This document shows positions 21,216 through 32,324 of a stretch of DNA of 64,000 nt, piece by piece. The notes beneath the pieces were generated by a model. It saw only the letters and a list, made by a program, of their open reading frames with translations, did not search any database and was not told where the DNA came from. The stretch is from an uncultured delta proteobacterium (GTDB taxonomy: Bacteria; Myxococcota_A; UBA9160; SMWR01), in the NCBI GenBank assembly GCA_963832165.1, contig CAWHTE010000011.1:576001-640000 (forward strand), in the 5' to 3' direction. Position 1 is the first letter of the stretch, and every line of letters starts with the position of its first letter. The position numbers and the translations under genes were made by a program.

Positions 21216-22088
21216 CTAGGCGCGGACGGCGGCCTGCAGCGCGAGCAGCGCGCGCTCGGCCGTCATCTGGGGATTGGCGTTGCGCTGCACGAGCGCCTGA
21301 CGGCACTGCGAGAGCACGCGCGCCGCGTCGAGCTCGCTGCGCACAGCGCGTCCGACCTCGACGCGCTCGCCGATCCGCCGGCGCAGCCACGCCGACGCGA
21401 GCGCGAGCCACGCGTCGAGCTGTGCGGCCGCGGGTGCGCGCTGACCGCGAAACTCCTCGGCCCAGTCGAGCAGCGCGGGCAGGGGGGTGCGCGGCAGCGC
21501 GTCGAGGCGGCTCACCCAGGCCTCCGCCTCGGGCAGCGCGAGCGGATCGCTGCGCTCGGCCGGCAGCGCGACCTTCTGACAGCGCGAGCGCACCGTGGCG
21601 AGCAGGCCCGCCGGACTCGACGTCACGAGCACGAGCGAGGTGCGCGGCGGAGGCTCCTCGAGCAGCCGCAGCAGCGCGTTCTGTGACTCCTGGTTGAGCC
21701 ACTCGGCGTCCGCGATCACGGCGACGCGCCGTCCGCCCTCGCCGGCCGAGAGGCGCAGCGCGTGCTGGAGCGCGCGGATCTGCCCGATCCGCACGCGCGT
21801 GTCCTCGCTGCCGCGCTCGACCCAGAACAGGTCCGGGTGGTCGCCGATATGGCGGAACAGCGGGCCGCTGTGTCCCGTGCCGTCGATCGCGATCTCTTCG
21901 CGCGGGCCCGAGCGCCGGCAGCCGTCGCACTTCCCGCACACGATGCCGTGCTCGCACACGCTCGCCCGCGCGAACGCCTGGGCCACCTCGCGCGCTCGCT
22001 CGCGCGGGCCCGAGATCAGATAGGCGGAGTGGAGCCGGCCGCTCGCGAGAGCGCGCTCGAACAGGACGGGCAGTGCGGCGCCTTCCAT
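21216..22088 (-). CDS. holB: DNA polymerase III delta-prime subunit
   Basis: GRLHSAYLISGP, CGKCDGC zinc motif, HPDL, SQNALLRLLEEPP, TVRSRCQ. Confidence 0.88.
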   Translation of the reverse strand: MEGAALPVLFERALASGRLHSAYLISGPRERAREVAQAFARASVCEHGIVCGKCDGCRRSGPREEIAIDGTGHSGPLFRHIGDHPDLFWVERGSEDTRVRIGQIRALQHALRLSAGEGGRRVAVIADAEWLNQESQNALLRLLEEPPPRTSLVLVTSSPAGLLATVRSRCQKVALPAERSDPLALPEAEAWVSRLDALPRTPLPALLDWAEEFRGQRAPAAAQLDAWLALASAWLRRRIGERVEVGRAVRSELDAARVLSQCRQALVQRNANPQMTAERALLALQAAVRA

Positions 22089-22167
22089 CGCGCGCAGTGT
22101 ACTGCGGGCGCGCTGCGTGGGGTCCGTCTGCCGCGGCGCTGCACCTCCGTGAAGGTGCAATCGAGGC

Positions 22168-22193
22168 TCAAGTTCACCCGGTACCCCACCGAT
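22168..22193 (+). promoter_or_regulatory. Sigma28 (FliA/SigD)-like promoter upstream of bactofilin
   Basis: TCAAG-N15-ACCGAT. Confidence 0.55.
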
Positions 22194-22252
22194 CCAGCCT
22201 CTTGAGGGGCTGCGGGCGGCCCCGAGCTACGCCCGCAAAGGAGGATCCCGTG

Positions 22253-22699
22253 ATGGCGCGCACCCCGTTTGGTAGCAAGGGCAGCGAGGGGGACTACACC
22301 CCGGCACCGTCTTCGGGCTCCTCTGGATCCGGCGGGCTCTCGGCGTTCATCGATCAGGGCTCCGAGTTCGAGGGCAAGCTGTCCTTCAAGGACACCGTGC
22401 GCATCGACGGCCGGTTCCGCGGCGAGATCACGAGCGAGAACACGCTGATCGTCGGCGAGACGGGCGAGATCGAGGCGACGATCCGCTCGAAGACGGTCGC
22501 GATCAGCGGCTCCGTGACCGGCGACATCGTCGCGGGCACCAAGGTCGTCCTGCACAAGACCGCGCGCGTCTCGGGCAACATCACGACCGGCTCTCTCGTC
22601 GTCGAGGACGGCGCGGAGATCGACGGTCAGATCAAGATGGGCAAGAGCGCCGGCCTCAAGGCCGTCGATGGCGGGGTCAAGGCGCCCGAGAAGAACTAG
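22253..22699 (+). CDS. Bactofilin (polymer-forming cytoskeletal protein)
   Basis: FIDQGSEFEGKLSF, VRIDGRFRGEI, LVVEDGAEIDGQIKM; AGGAGG RBS. Confidence 0.93.
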   Translation: MARTPFGSKGSEGDYTPAPSSGSSGSGGLSAFIDQGSEFEGKLSFKDTVRIDGRFRGEITSENTLIVGETGEIEATIRSKTVAISGSVTGDIVAGTKVVLHKTARVSGNITTGSLVVEDGAEIDGQIKMGKSAGLKAVDGGVKAPEKN

Positions 22700-22718
22700 C
22701 GCCTCTCCAGGGATTGCA

Positions 22719-22762
22719 GCGGGGTCGGGTGCGGCGTGACCGCACCCGGCCCCGCGTATTTT
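22719..22762 (+). terminator. Intrinsic terminator hairpin between convergent genes
   Basis: GCGGGGTCGGGTGCGG-CGTGA-CCGCACCCGGCCCCGC followed by GTATTTT. Confidence 0.65.
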
Positions 22763-23483
22763 CAGCGCTCGCTCAATCGGTACACGACGTCGTGGGCGCG
22801 CACGCGCTGACTGACCTGGACGCCCACCTCATCGCCCGATCGGGCCGAGTCGATCGATGCGTGGTCGCGCTCGATCCGATCGATGCGCTGGTAGAAGTCG
22901 GTCGTGTGTCCGCGCACGTGGATCGTGTCACCGACGCGGAGCACGCCGCTGTCGAGCTTCACCACGCACGCGCCCGCGTGCTCGTAGTAATGCGTTATCA
23001 CGCCGATCCGATTTGGCTCCGAGTCGGAAACGTCACCGGGTGCTAGCGGAGACGGGACCCCCGGGGCCGCACCGGTGCTGACCGGTTTTGCGCCACCCAG
23101 GCCGGCCGCGCCGGTGCCCACTGAGGGCGACGGCTGGGCGGGCGCCGGATGACGCTCGGTGCGAAAGGGCGCGACACCTCCGCTGCGGCAGCGCTCGCAG
23201 CGACCGGCGCACTCGCGGGGGGTGCCTGCACCGCCTTCGCTGCCGCCGACGCCTTCTTGGCCGTTTTCTTCGGGGCGCTCTTCTTGCGCTTGCCCGCGGC
23301 CTTCTTCTTCTTGCCACCGCGCTTCGGCGCAGCCTTGCGCTTGGCACTCTTCTTCTTTTTCTTGGCGCTCTTCTTCTTGCCGGCGCGCGCCGACTTCTTG
23401 CGCCCCTTCTTCCGCGCAGGCTTTCTGCGCGCCGCGGACTTTCGCGCCGCACGCCTGCGGTTGCTCTTCTTGCGAGCCGCCAT
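22762..23483 (-). CDS. Lys/Arg/Ala-rich histone-H1-like N-terminus joined (frameshift at about 23150) to a translation-factor-like beta-barrel domain
   Basis: MAARKKS...KKKKSAKRK after a GGAGG RBS; other frame IGVITHYY, LRVGDTIHVRGHTTDFYQ, GDEVGVQV, RVRAHDVVY. Confidence 0.65.
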
Positions 23484-23596
23484 GTGTTCCCTCCCACGAG
23501 ACGCCGAACGGCGCCGTGTGTTGAGCGATTCTACGCAGCTGGCAGGGTTGCAGCGAGTCAAAAGCGCGCAGTCGGGGGGGCGCTAGCCTGTTCGCC

Positions 23597-24256
23597 ATGC
23601 GCGTGGCGGTGAAGCTGTTTGGTTCGATCCGGGAGGCGGTCGGAGAGAAGGAGCTCTCGGTGGAACTGCCCGATGGAGCCTCCGCGCGCGAGCTGCACCG
23701 CCGCCTGGCCGACCGCTACCGCGTCTTCGACACGTTCGGGGATCGGCTCGCGGTGTCGGTGCAACTCGAAGTGGTGCCGCTCGACACCACCCTGCGTGAC
23801 GGCGACGAGGTCGCCTTCCTGCCGCCGGTCTCGGGTGGCGGCGGGGCGTGCTGGATCTCGGACCGGCCGCTGCTCGAAGCGGACGCCGTGGCGCGGGTGA
23901 AAGGGCCCGGCATGGGCGGCATCGTGACCTTCGTGGGCGCGGTCCGCGATCACGCGCGCGGGCGCTCGATCCGGCATCTCGAATACGAGGCGTACCCCGA
24001 GATGGCCGTGCGCGAGATGGAAAAGATCGCGGCGCAGGCCACAGAGCGCTGGCCGGGCACCCGGATTGCGATCGGACACCGCTCGGGTCATCTCGAGGTG
24101 GGGGAGATCGCCGTGGTGATCGCCGCGGCCGCGCCCCACCGAGCGTCGGCGTTCGAGGCGTGTCGCTTCGCAATCGACACGCTCAAGCAGACGGTGCCGA
24201 TCTGGAAGAAGGAAGTGGCGACCGACGGCGAGTACTGGGTGGACGATCGGCCTTGA
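23597..24256 (+). CDS. Fused molybdopterin synthase MoaD-MoaE (MoaX-like)
   Basis: MRVAVKLFG to GDEVAFLPPVSGG, then GGIVTFVGAVRD, LEYEAY, LKQTVPIWKKE. Confidence 0.93.
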   Translation: MRVAVKLFGSIREAVGEKELSVELPDGASARELHRRLADRYRVFDTFGDRLAVSVQLEVVPLDTTLRDGDEVAFLPPVSGGGGACWISDRPLLEADAVARVKGPGMGGIVTFVGAVRDHARGRSIRHLEYEAYPEMAVREMEKIAAQATERWPGTRIAIGHRSGHLEVGEIAVVIAAAAPHRASAFEACRFAIDTLKQTVPIWKKEVATDGEYWVDDRP

Positions 24257-24795
24257 CCCGTCATCCGGACGAGCCGAATCCCGCGTCGCCGCACCACCAC
24301 CATCGCAGCGCAGCCGTGCGCGCGGTGCCGTGCTGGATCATCACCGTGAGCGACACGCGCACGCGGGAGACCGACACCGGCGGGCAGCTGCTCGCCGATC
24401 TGCTCGGGCGCGGCGGGCACCCCGTGGTCGGGCAGGAGATCGTGCGCGACGAATTGGCCGCGATCGGCGCGGCGATCGACGCGGCACTCGTGCGAGAGGG
24501 GGTGACTGCGGTGCTTCTCACGGGCGGAACGGGCGTGGCGCCGCGCGACGTCACTCCGGAGGCGGTCGCGCCGCGGCTCGAGCGCGAGATCCCGGGCTTC
24601 GGCGAGCTGTTCCGCGCGCTCTCGTACCAGGAGATCGGGTCGGCGGCGCTGCTCTCGCGCGCGATCGCGGGAATTGCCGCGGGCCGGGTCGTGGTGGCCC
24701 TGCCGGGCTCGCGCGCGGCGATCCAGCTCGCGATGGAGAAGCTCGTGCTGCCCGAGCTCGGGCACCTGGCCGCGGAGGCGGTCAAGAAGTCCTAG
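24253..24795 (+). CDS. moaB: Molybdenum cofactor biosynthesis protein MoaB/MogA
   Basis: ITVSDTRT, TGGTGVAPRDVTPEA, PGFGELFR, LPGS. Confidence 0.9.
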   Translation: MTRHPDEPNPASPHHHHRSAAVRAVPCWIITVSDTRTRETDTGGQLLADLLGRGGHPVVGQEIVRDELAAIGAAIDAALVREGVTAVLLTGGTGVAPRDVTPEAVAPRLEREIPGFGELFRALSYQEIGSAALLSRAIAGIAAGRVVVALPGSRAAIQLAMEKLVLPELGHLAAEAVKKS

Positions 24796-24836
24796 GGGGC
24801 GGGGCCGCGCAGCGGTGCCCGGCCCGTCTCCGTGAA

Positions 24837-24862
24837 TCAAGGGCACCCGGGGCCGGTCCGAA
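24837..24862 (+). promoter_or_regulatory. Sigma28-like promoter
   Basis: TCAAG-N15-TCCGAA ending 9 nt before the GTG at 24872. Confidence 0.45.
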
Positions 24863-24871
24863 AAGACGGAC

Positions 24872-26155
24872 GTGCTCGCGCGGATCGCCTGCTGGTTGCT
24901 GCTCTCGATGCTGCTCGCACTGCCGGGCGCGGCGGAGGGCTTCGTCTGGGTCGACGAGGCCGGCGTCACGCACATCACGAACGACCCGGCACGCGTACCC
25001 GAGGCCCAGCGCAAGCAGGCCCAGGACCCGGAGTCGCTGCGCTCGCTCTGGGAGGGGCCCGTGGACCGCGCGGCGCCGCCTGCGAGCGCGCCGCGCAGTC
25101 GCGAAGAGGAGCGCACGCGCAGCGCGCTGCAGGGCGCCGTGGACGACATCCGGCGCGGCGAGAATGCGCGCGCGGCCGCCGTGCTGCGCGGCATCCTGCG
25201 CGAGCAGCCCGGCCGGCCCGAGCCGCACTGGTACCTCGCCCAGCTCGACCGCTACCGCGGGCGCTACGACGCGGCCGAGCAGCATCTCCAGGCGTTCCTT
25301 GCCACCGCGGGCGACGAGCTCGAGCCCTGGCGCAGCACCGCACGCGCGCGGCTCGCAGCGCTCGCCGACGAGCGGCGCCTCGCCGAGCGCACGAACAGTG
25401 GCGGCGCGGTTCCGTGGCCCGCGCTCGCGAGCGCGAACTTCAAGGTCGAGCTCGACCCCGATCTCGGCCGCGCCGCGCCCAACTACGCGGGCACGGTGCT
25501 GCGCTATCTCGAAGAGGCGCGCATCTCGGTGGCGGAGCGCCTCGGCGCACAGACCGACGAGCCGATGGGCGTCGTGTTCTACGGCCGCGCCGCCTACGAC
25601 CAGGTCCATCGCGAGCGCTTCTCGTTCCGCACGGTCGGCTTCTTCGACGGCCGCATCCACGTCGTCTCGGCCGCGCATCCGGCCGGCGAGCTGCGCGCGC
25701 TGCTCTTCCACGAGTACACCCACGCGGTGTTCCGCGAGCGCACGGGCGGCGATCAGCCCTACTGGCTGAACGAAGGGCTCGCGGAGCTCTCCGAGCGCGA
25801 GTCGCGCCACCAGCCCGGACTCACGCGCACCGAGCGCGAGCTGCTCAAGCGCCGGATCGACGCGGGCGAGTGGATCTCGCTGCGCAGGCTCGCGCCGAGC
25901 TTCGGCGGGCTCGAAGACGACGACGCGCGGATCGCCTACCTCGAATCGACTGCGGCGGCGGATTGGCTCGAATCGCGCACCGACCGCGCAGTGCGCGGCC
26001 GCCTGATCGAAATGGTCGGCGCGGGCGCGTCCACCGAGCAGGCGCTCGTCGAGCTGCTGAACATGGACACGGACGCGGTCGACGCCGCGGTGCGCAAGTG
26101 GATCGGGTCCGAGTTCGCGGGCCGTCTGCCGCGGCCTGCGGCGCTCGAGGAGTAG
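24872..26155 (+). CDS. Secreted DUF4124 + TPR + peptidase MA (HExxH) protein
   Basis: Signal peptide, WVDEAGVTHITN, TPR-like helices, HEYTH and WLNEGLAE. Confidence 0.8.
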   Translation: MLARIACWLLLSMLLALPGAAEGFVWVDEAGVTHITNDPARVPEAQRKQAQDPESLRSLWEGPVDRAAPPASAPRSREEERTRSALQGAVDDIRRGENARAAAVLRGILREQPGRPEPHWYLAQLDRYRGRYDAAEQHLQAFLATAGDELEPWRSTARARLAALADERRLAERTNSGGAVPWPALASANFKVELDPDLGRAAPNYAGTVLRYLEEARISVAERLGAQTDEPMGVVFYGRAAYDQVHRERFSFRTVGFFDGRIHVVSAAHPAGELRALLFHEYTHAVFRERTGGDQPYWLNEGLAELSERESRHQPGLTRTERELLKRRIDAGEWISLRRLAPSFGGLEDDDARIAYLESTAAADWLESRTDRAVRGRLIEMVGAGASTEQALVELLNMDTDAVDAAVRKWIGSEFAGRLPRPAALEE

Positions 26156-26174
26156 GGGAGCCGCCCGAGTCCTG

Positions 26175-26246
26175 CGGATTGCGGCCCGTCCGATGTTGCT
26201 CGCCTTCGGCTCGCTGCGCGAAACTTGCGGGCCTGATCCGCCCTAC
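26175..26246 (-). repeat. GTAG-type REP containing the dispersed core repeat
   Basis: Minus strand GTAGGGCGGATCAGGCCC-GCAAGTTTCGCGCAGCGAGCCGAAGGCGAGC...GGGCC-GCA-ATCCGC. Confidence 0.75.
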
Positions 26247-26917
26247 CCGAGCTCCCCTTCGTCGAGCTGGCGCGAGGCCTCGAGCAGGAGGTGGGTCACC
26301 GTCGCGTTGATCGTCGGCTCGGGCGGCGCGACGTTCGGCTCGAACGCGAAGTGACCCGTGCTCGCGTGCACGAGTGCCACGGCCGCGTCGAAGCCGATCT
26401 GGTTCTTGGTCTCGGCGTGGATCGGATCGCCGCCGCGCAGCCAGAGCTTGCCGGGCGCCTTGTCGGAATCGATCCGCAACAGCCCCGTCTTGCGCCCCAT
26501 CTCGAGGATCTGGAGCACCGCGAACGGCGGGATCTCCGCGAGATCGCCGCGGAACACCTCGCCGTGGAGGCTGCGCTCGAATAGCACCGTCTGCGCGCGG
26601 TCGTCGGGCTGATCGAGTCCGCCCGCCACCTGACAGAACGTGACCGCGTTCGCGCCGATCTGGAGCCGATCTCCGGGTCGGAGCTCGCGCTGCTCGATCC
26701 GCTCGCCGTTCACGAACGTCCCGTTCGTGCTCGCGAGGTCGTGGAGCACGAAGCGGCCACCCGAGCACACGATCTTCGCGTGACGCCGCGACGTGTCGGC
26801 GTCGGGCAGGCGCACCTCGCACTCGCGGCTGCGCCCGAGCACCACCTCGCCGTCGCGCGGGAGCTGGACCGGCGGCTGCGGGGGCGCGAACAGCATCGCG
26901 GTGGCGTCGCTGGCCAT
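26243..26917 (-). CDS. FHA domain + DUF4388 protein
   Basis: LGRS, SRRHA, DLASTNGTFVNG; FRGDLAEIPPFAVLQILEMGRKTGLL and LLLEASRQLDE. Confidence 0.88.
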   Translation of the reverse strand: MASDATAMLFAPPQPPVQLPRDGEVVLGRSRECEVRLPDADTSRRHAKIVCSGGRFVLHDLASTNGTFVNGERIEQRELRPGDRLQIGANAVTFCQVAGGLDQPDDRAQTVLFERSLHGEVFRGDLAEIPPFAVLQILEMGRKTGLLRIDSDKAPGKLWLRGGDPIHAETKNQIGFDAAVALVHASTGHFAFEPNVAPPEPTINATVTHLLLEASRQLDEGELG

Positions 26918-26927
26918 GCCCGTCCAA

Positions 26928-26953
26928 GTCGGCCGTTCCGCCCCCCGTCTTTA
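26928..26953 (-). promoter_or_regulatory. Sigma28-like promoter
   Basis: Minus strand TAAAG-N15-GCCGAC ending 10 nt before the ATG at 26917. Confidence 0.55.
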
Positions 26954-26973
26954 CCTCCCGCGGGGTCGTCCGA

Positions 26974-27255
26974 TCAGTGGCGGATCTCGAAGTGGGCGTC
27001 GCCCGCGAGCGGCTCCTCGAACTCCTCGACGCCGTCGACGCGCGCCGAGCGCGGCCCGCGGCGCACGAACGCGAGCAGCGCCTCCACGCTCGCACGGGTG
27101 CCCTCGAACGCGGCCTCCACCGAGCCGTCCGCGCAGTTGCGCACCCAGCCCGCGACCCCGGCGCGGCGCGCTTCATCGGCCGTGTAGGCCCGGAACGCCA
27201 CGCCCTGGACGCGCCCGCGCACGATCACGCGCACGCGCCGGTGATCGCTAGTCAT
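26974..27255 (-). CDS. acyP: Acylphosphatase
   Basis: GRVQGVAFR, GWVRNCADGSVE, GPRSARV. Confidence 0.93.
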   Translation of the reverse strand: MTSDHRRVRVIVRGRVQGVAFRAYTADEARRAGVAGWVRNCADGSVEAAFEGTRASVEALLAFVRRGPRSARVDGVEEFEEPLAGDAHFEIRH

Positions 27256-28189
27256 CACTCGGGAGCGCGTAGTACTCGAAGTCGACCAGGTTCTTCTTCA
27301 GGTACTCGCGCAGGCGCTCGACGATCCGCACCTCGAGCTGGCGCACCCGCTCGCGCGAGACGCCGAACTCCTCCCCGAGCTCCGCGAGCGTGGCGGGCTC
27401 CTCGGCGAGGATGCGGCGATCGACCAGCGTCCGATCGCGCTCGTCGAGCGTCTTCGCGAACTCCTGCACTTTGTCGAGGAATACGCGCTTGAGCTCCTTG
27501 TCGGCGACGCTCTCCTCCGCGTTCGCCTCATGGCCTTGCATGAAGTCGCCGACTTCGGCGCCAGGCTCGTCGCGCCGCACGGGCATGTTCATCGAGAGGT
27601 CGCTCTCGCGCAGGCGCATGTCCATGTCCTCGACCTCGGCCTCGGACACATCGAGCCGCTCGGCGATCAGCCGCGGCTCCACCTCGAACCCCTGGCGCTC
27701 GAGCTCGCGCTTCTCCTTGTTCAGGCGCCAGAACAGCTTCCGCTGCGCGCGCGTGGTGCCGAGCCGCACGATCCGGAAGTTGTCGAGGATGTACTGGAGG
27801 ATGTACGCGCGGATCCAATAGACGGCGTAGGTCGAGAGCTTCACGCCCTGGTAGGGGTCGTAGCGCTGCACCGCCTCGAGCAGGCCCACGTTCCCGTCCT
27901 GGATCAGGTCGAGCACGTTGGTCCACGCGCGCCGGTACTCCATCGCGATCTTCACCACGAGGCGCAGGTTCGAGAGCACGAGCCGGCGCGCGGCTTCGCG
28001 GTCGCCGTGCTCGACCCAGCGCACGGCGAGCTCGTGCTCCTCCTCGCGCGAGATCGGCGGGTGGTGGCGCAGCTCCGCCATGTAGGCGGTGAGGGAATCT
28101 GCCGGTCCGACCGCGCGATCCGCCTGCGGCGCGGGGATCGGAAGACTCGCGGCCGGGACGGCGCGACTGTCTCGCGGGTCTTCGGCCAT
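27248..28189 (-). CDS. rpoH: RNA polymerase sigma factor, RpoH (sigma32) type
   Basis: SNLRLVVKIA, DLIQDGNVGL, RpoH-box-like TTRAQRKLFWRL, GVSRERVRQLE. Confidence 0.88.
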   Translation of the reverse strand: MAEDPRDSRAVPAASLPIPAPQADRAVGPADSLTAYMAELRHHPPISREEEHELAVRWVEHGDREAARRLVLSNLRLVVKIAMEYRRAWTNVLDLIQDGNVGLLEAVQRYDPYQGVKLSTYAVYWIRAYILQYILDNFRIVRLGTTRAQRKLFWRLNKEKRELERQGFEVEPRLIAERLDVSEAEVEDMDMRLRESDLSMNMPVRRDEPGAEVGDFMQGHEANAEESVADKELKRVFLDKVQEFAKTLDERDRTLVDRRILAEEPATLAELGEEFGVSRERVRQLEVRIVERLREYLKKNLVDFEYYALPSDD

Positions 28190-28259
28190 CGGAGCCAACG
28201 TAGCACCCAGCCTAAGCGGGGCTTTGGCTTCGCCTCGCTGCCTGCGCGAGCGGCCCGGC

Positions 28260-28640
28260 TTACTTCTTCAGCGAGCGGATCACCGCGATCACGTTGTCGA
28301 TGTCGGCGTCGCTGAGCGTGCCGGCCCACGGCGTCATGAGCGGCGAGCCGCCGAACTCGGCCGCGCCCTTCGAGATCACACCCTTCAGATCGGCGTCCTC
28401 GCCGGTCTTGCCGTTCTTGTTCGCGTCGTACTTGAAATCACCCTTGGAGAAGTCCCGCGGGGACGGCTGAATGCCCTGCGCGCCGGGCCCGTCGCCCTTG
28501 CCCGCCGGCCCGTGACAGGTCTCGCAGATCATCTTGTACGTCTCTTTGCCCTTGGCGAGGTCGCCGGCGGCCAGCGCAGTGCTCGGCGCGATCGCGAGGG
28601 CGAGGGCAGCGGCGAAGAGCGGGAGAGAGTGTCGGCTCAT
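28260..28640 (-). CDS. Monoheme cytochrome c
   Basis: Signal peptide, CETCH heme motif, distal MTPW. Confidence 0.9.
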   Translation of the reverse strand: MSRHSLPLFAAALALAIAPSTALAAGDLAKGKETYKMICETCHGPAGKGDGPGAQGIQPSPRDFSKGDFKYDANKNGKTGEDADLKGVISKGAAEFGGSPLMTPWAGTLSDADIDNVIAVIRSLKK

Positions 28641-28677
28641 GGAGCGAGGGTCTCCTGGGTGGGAATGGGCGCGGAGA

Positions 28678-30222
<1,545 letters not shown>

Positions 30223-30407
30223 CGGCTACTCCTCGGATATCTGCCGGTTCGAACGCCGCTCGGCTCCGCGCACCGCGCGAAGCGCGGCGCGCGCGGTTTC
30301 TCGGCTGCGGTTGAAGCCGCGGGGACCCTTACCTAGACTCGGCCCCCGTTCAACGCAGTGAGTCATCACATGAGGTTTGTCGTCGGGACGGCAATGGGGG
30401 ACGTCTC

Positions 30408-31094
30408 GTGAGCCTCGGTGTACTCGACCTGGTCTTCCAGGCGAGCTTCATCGTGCAGCTCGTGCTTTTCGGCCTCATCATGCTGTCGGTCGTGTCGTGG
30501 GCGGTGATCGCGTACAAGATGCGCGAGCTCCGACGCGCGCAGCAAGATAGCGAGGCTTTCCTCGAGGTCTATCACGCGGGCTCGCTCGACGAGGCTTACT
30601 CGGCCGCGAAGGACCTCGACCGCAGCCCGCTCTCCGCGGTGTTCCTCGGCGCGTACAACGAGCTGCGGCGGCTCGCGCGCACGAGCGGCGGGCCCGTGAC
30701 TCTCACCGAGCCCCACCTCGTGATGCTCGCGCGCAACGTGACGTGGTCGAGCAGCCGCGAGGGGCAGCGGCTCGAGCGCGGGTTCTCGTTCCTCGCGACC
30801 ACGGGCAGCGCAGCGCCGTTCATCGGTTTGTTCGGAACCGTGGTCGGCATCATCAACGCCTTCGAGGGCATCGGGCGCGCAGGATCGGCGAGTCTCGCGG
30901 TGGTGGCGCCGGGCATCGCCGAGGCACTGATCGCCACCGCGGTCGGACTGTTCGCCGCGATTCCCGCCACGATCGCGTACAACTACTTCAGCGCGCGATT
31001 GCGCGGAATCAACATGTCGATCGATCTGTTCGCTGCCGAGTACGAGGGAGACCTGCGCCGTCTCGCCGGCGTCGCGCAGCGACAGGCGGGATAG
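30408..31094 (+). CDS. tolQ: TolQ (MotA/TolQ/ExbB)
   Basis: LATTGSAAPFIGLFGTVVGI, VAPGIAEALIATA. Confidence 0.92.
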   Translation: MSLGVLDLVFQASFIVQLVLFGLIMLSVVSWAVIAYKMRELRRAQQDSEAFLEVYHAGSLDEAYSAAKDLDRSPLSAVFLGAYNELRRLARTSGGPVTLTEPHLVMLARNVTWSSSREGQRLERGFSFLATTGSAAPFIGLFGTVVGIINAFEGIGRAGSASLAVVAPGIAEALIATAVGLFAAIPATIAYNYFSARLRGINMSIDLFAAEYEGDLRRLAGVAQRQAG

Positions 31095-31097
31095 CCC

Positions 31098-31511
31098 GTG
31101 GGCGCATCGCAATCCGGACCGGGCCGGCAGCGAGCCTTCGCCGAGATCAACGTCACGCCGTTCGTGGACGTGGTGCTCGTGCTGCTGATCATCTTCATGG
31201 TGACGGCGCCGATGATGCAGCAGGGCATCGACGTCGATCTGCCCGAGACCACGACCCAGAACCTGCGCGTGCGCAACGAGCCGTTGATCATCACCGTCAA
31301 AAAGGATGGCAGCTACTTCCTCGCGAACACGACCGTCTCCGAGAAGGAGCTCGGCGCGAAGCTGACGGCCATCCTCTCGGGCCTCGACGACAAGGGAGTG
31401 TTCCTGCGCGCGGACAAGGCCGCGGACTACGGGCACGTGGTGAAGGCACTCGCGGCGGCGCGGCTCGCGGGCGCCACCAAGCTCGGCATGGTCACCGAGC
31501 CTGAATCCTGA
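31098..31511 (+). CDS. tolR: TolR
   Basis: EINVTPFVDVVLVLLIIFMVTAP, LRADK. Confidence 0.92.
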   Translation: MGASQSGPGRQRAFAEINVTPFVDVVLVLLIIFMVTAPMMQQGIDVDLPETTTQNLRVRNEPLIITVKKDGSYFLANTTVSEKELGAKLTAILSGLDDKGVFLRADKAADYGHVVKALAAARLAGATKLGMVTEPES

Positions 31512-31549
31512 CCAGCGCGAGGTGATGTCTGGCGAGCGAAGCCGGAGAG

Positions 31550-32324
31550 GTGCCGCCTGAACGGCGTGAGTTCCGGCGCATGGTGGCCTGGTCGGCCCTG
31601 CTCCACGCGGGGGGGCTCGGGCTCGCCCTGGTATCTCCGAGCATCCGCGACCGCGAGCCGCCGACCGTGATCAGCGTCGAGCTGATCCAGCCGGCGCCGG
31701 CCTCCGCGCCGCAGGCCGCGCCCAAGCCGGCGCCTGCGCCCGCGCCGCCCGAGGCGGTTCCGGCCCCGCCGCCGCCGCCTCCGCCGCCGAAGCCGAAGCA
31801 GATCGTGCTGCCCGAGAAGCCGCAGGCGCCCAAGCCCGCCGACAAGCCCAAGCCGAAGCCCCGCGAGAAGGAGGTCTTCAAGGAGCCTCCCAAGAAGCAG
31901 GAGAAGGACCTGGACGCAGCTGCTGGCCGAGATGCGCGGCTCCGAGGCGAAGGCCCCGCCTGCGCCGCCCGCTCCCGCGGAAGCCCCCGTGGACACCGCA
32001 CTGGCGACGGGCGGTCCGCCGTCCCAGGGCAGCGGCGAGGCCGTTTCACCGGAGGTGCTCGCGTGGCACGCGCGCGTGCGGCAGAGGATGAAGGGGATCT
32101 GGATCGTGCCGCCGGGCTTCCGCACGCAGTCGCTGCTCACGCGCGTGATCGTGACGCTCGACGCTACTGGCAACATCGTCGGGAACCCGAAGATCGTCCA
32201 GAAATCCGGGAATCCCTGGTACGACGACAGCGTGGTGCGCGGACTGGCCAAGGCGAGCCCGCTGCCGCCGCCCCCCGAAGCCGGAGATTGGCCGATGAAC
32301 TTCAAGCCGGAGGACAGCCTGTGA
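31550..32324 (+). CDS. tolA: TolA/TonB-family protein, +1 frameshift at about 31916
   Basis: TM helix with SALLH, Pro/Lys-rich linker, C-terminal KSGNPWYDDSVVRGLAKASPLPPPP; start uncertain. Confidence 0.78.
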
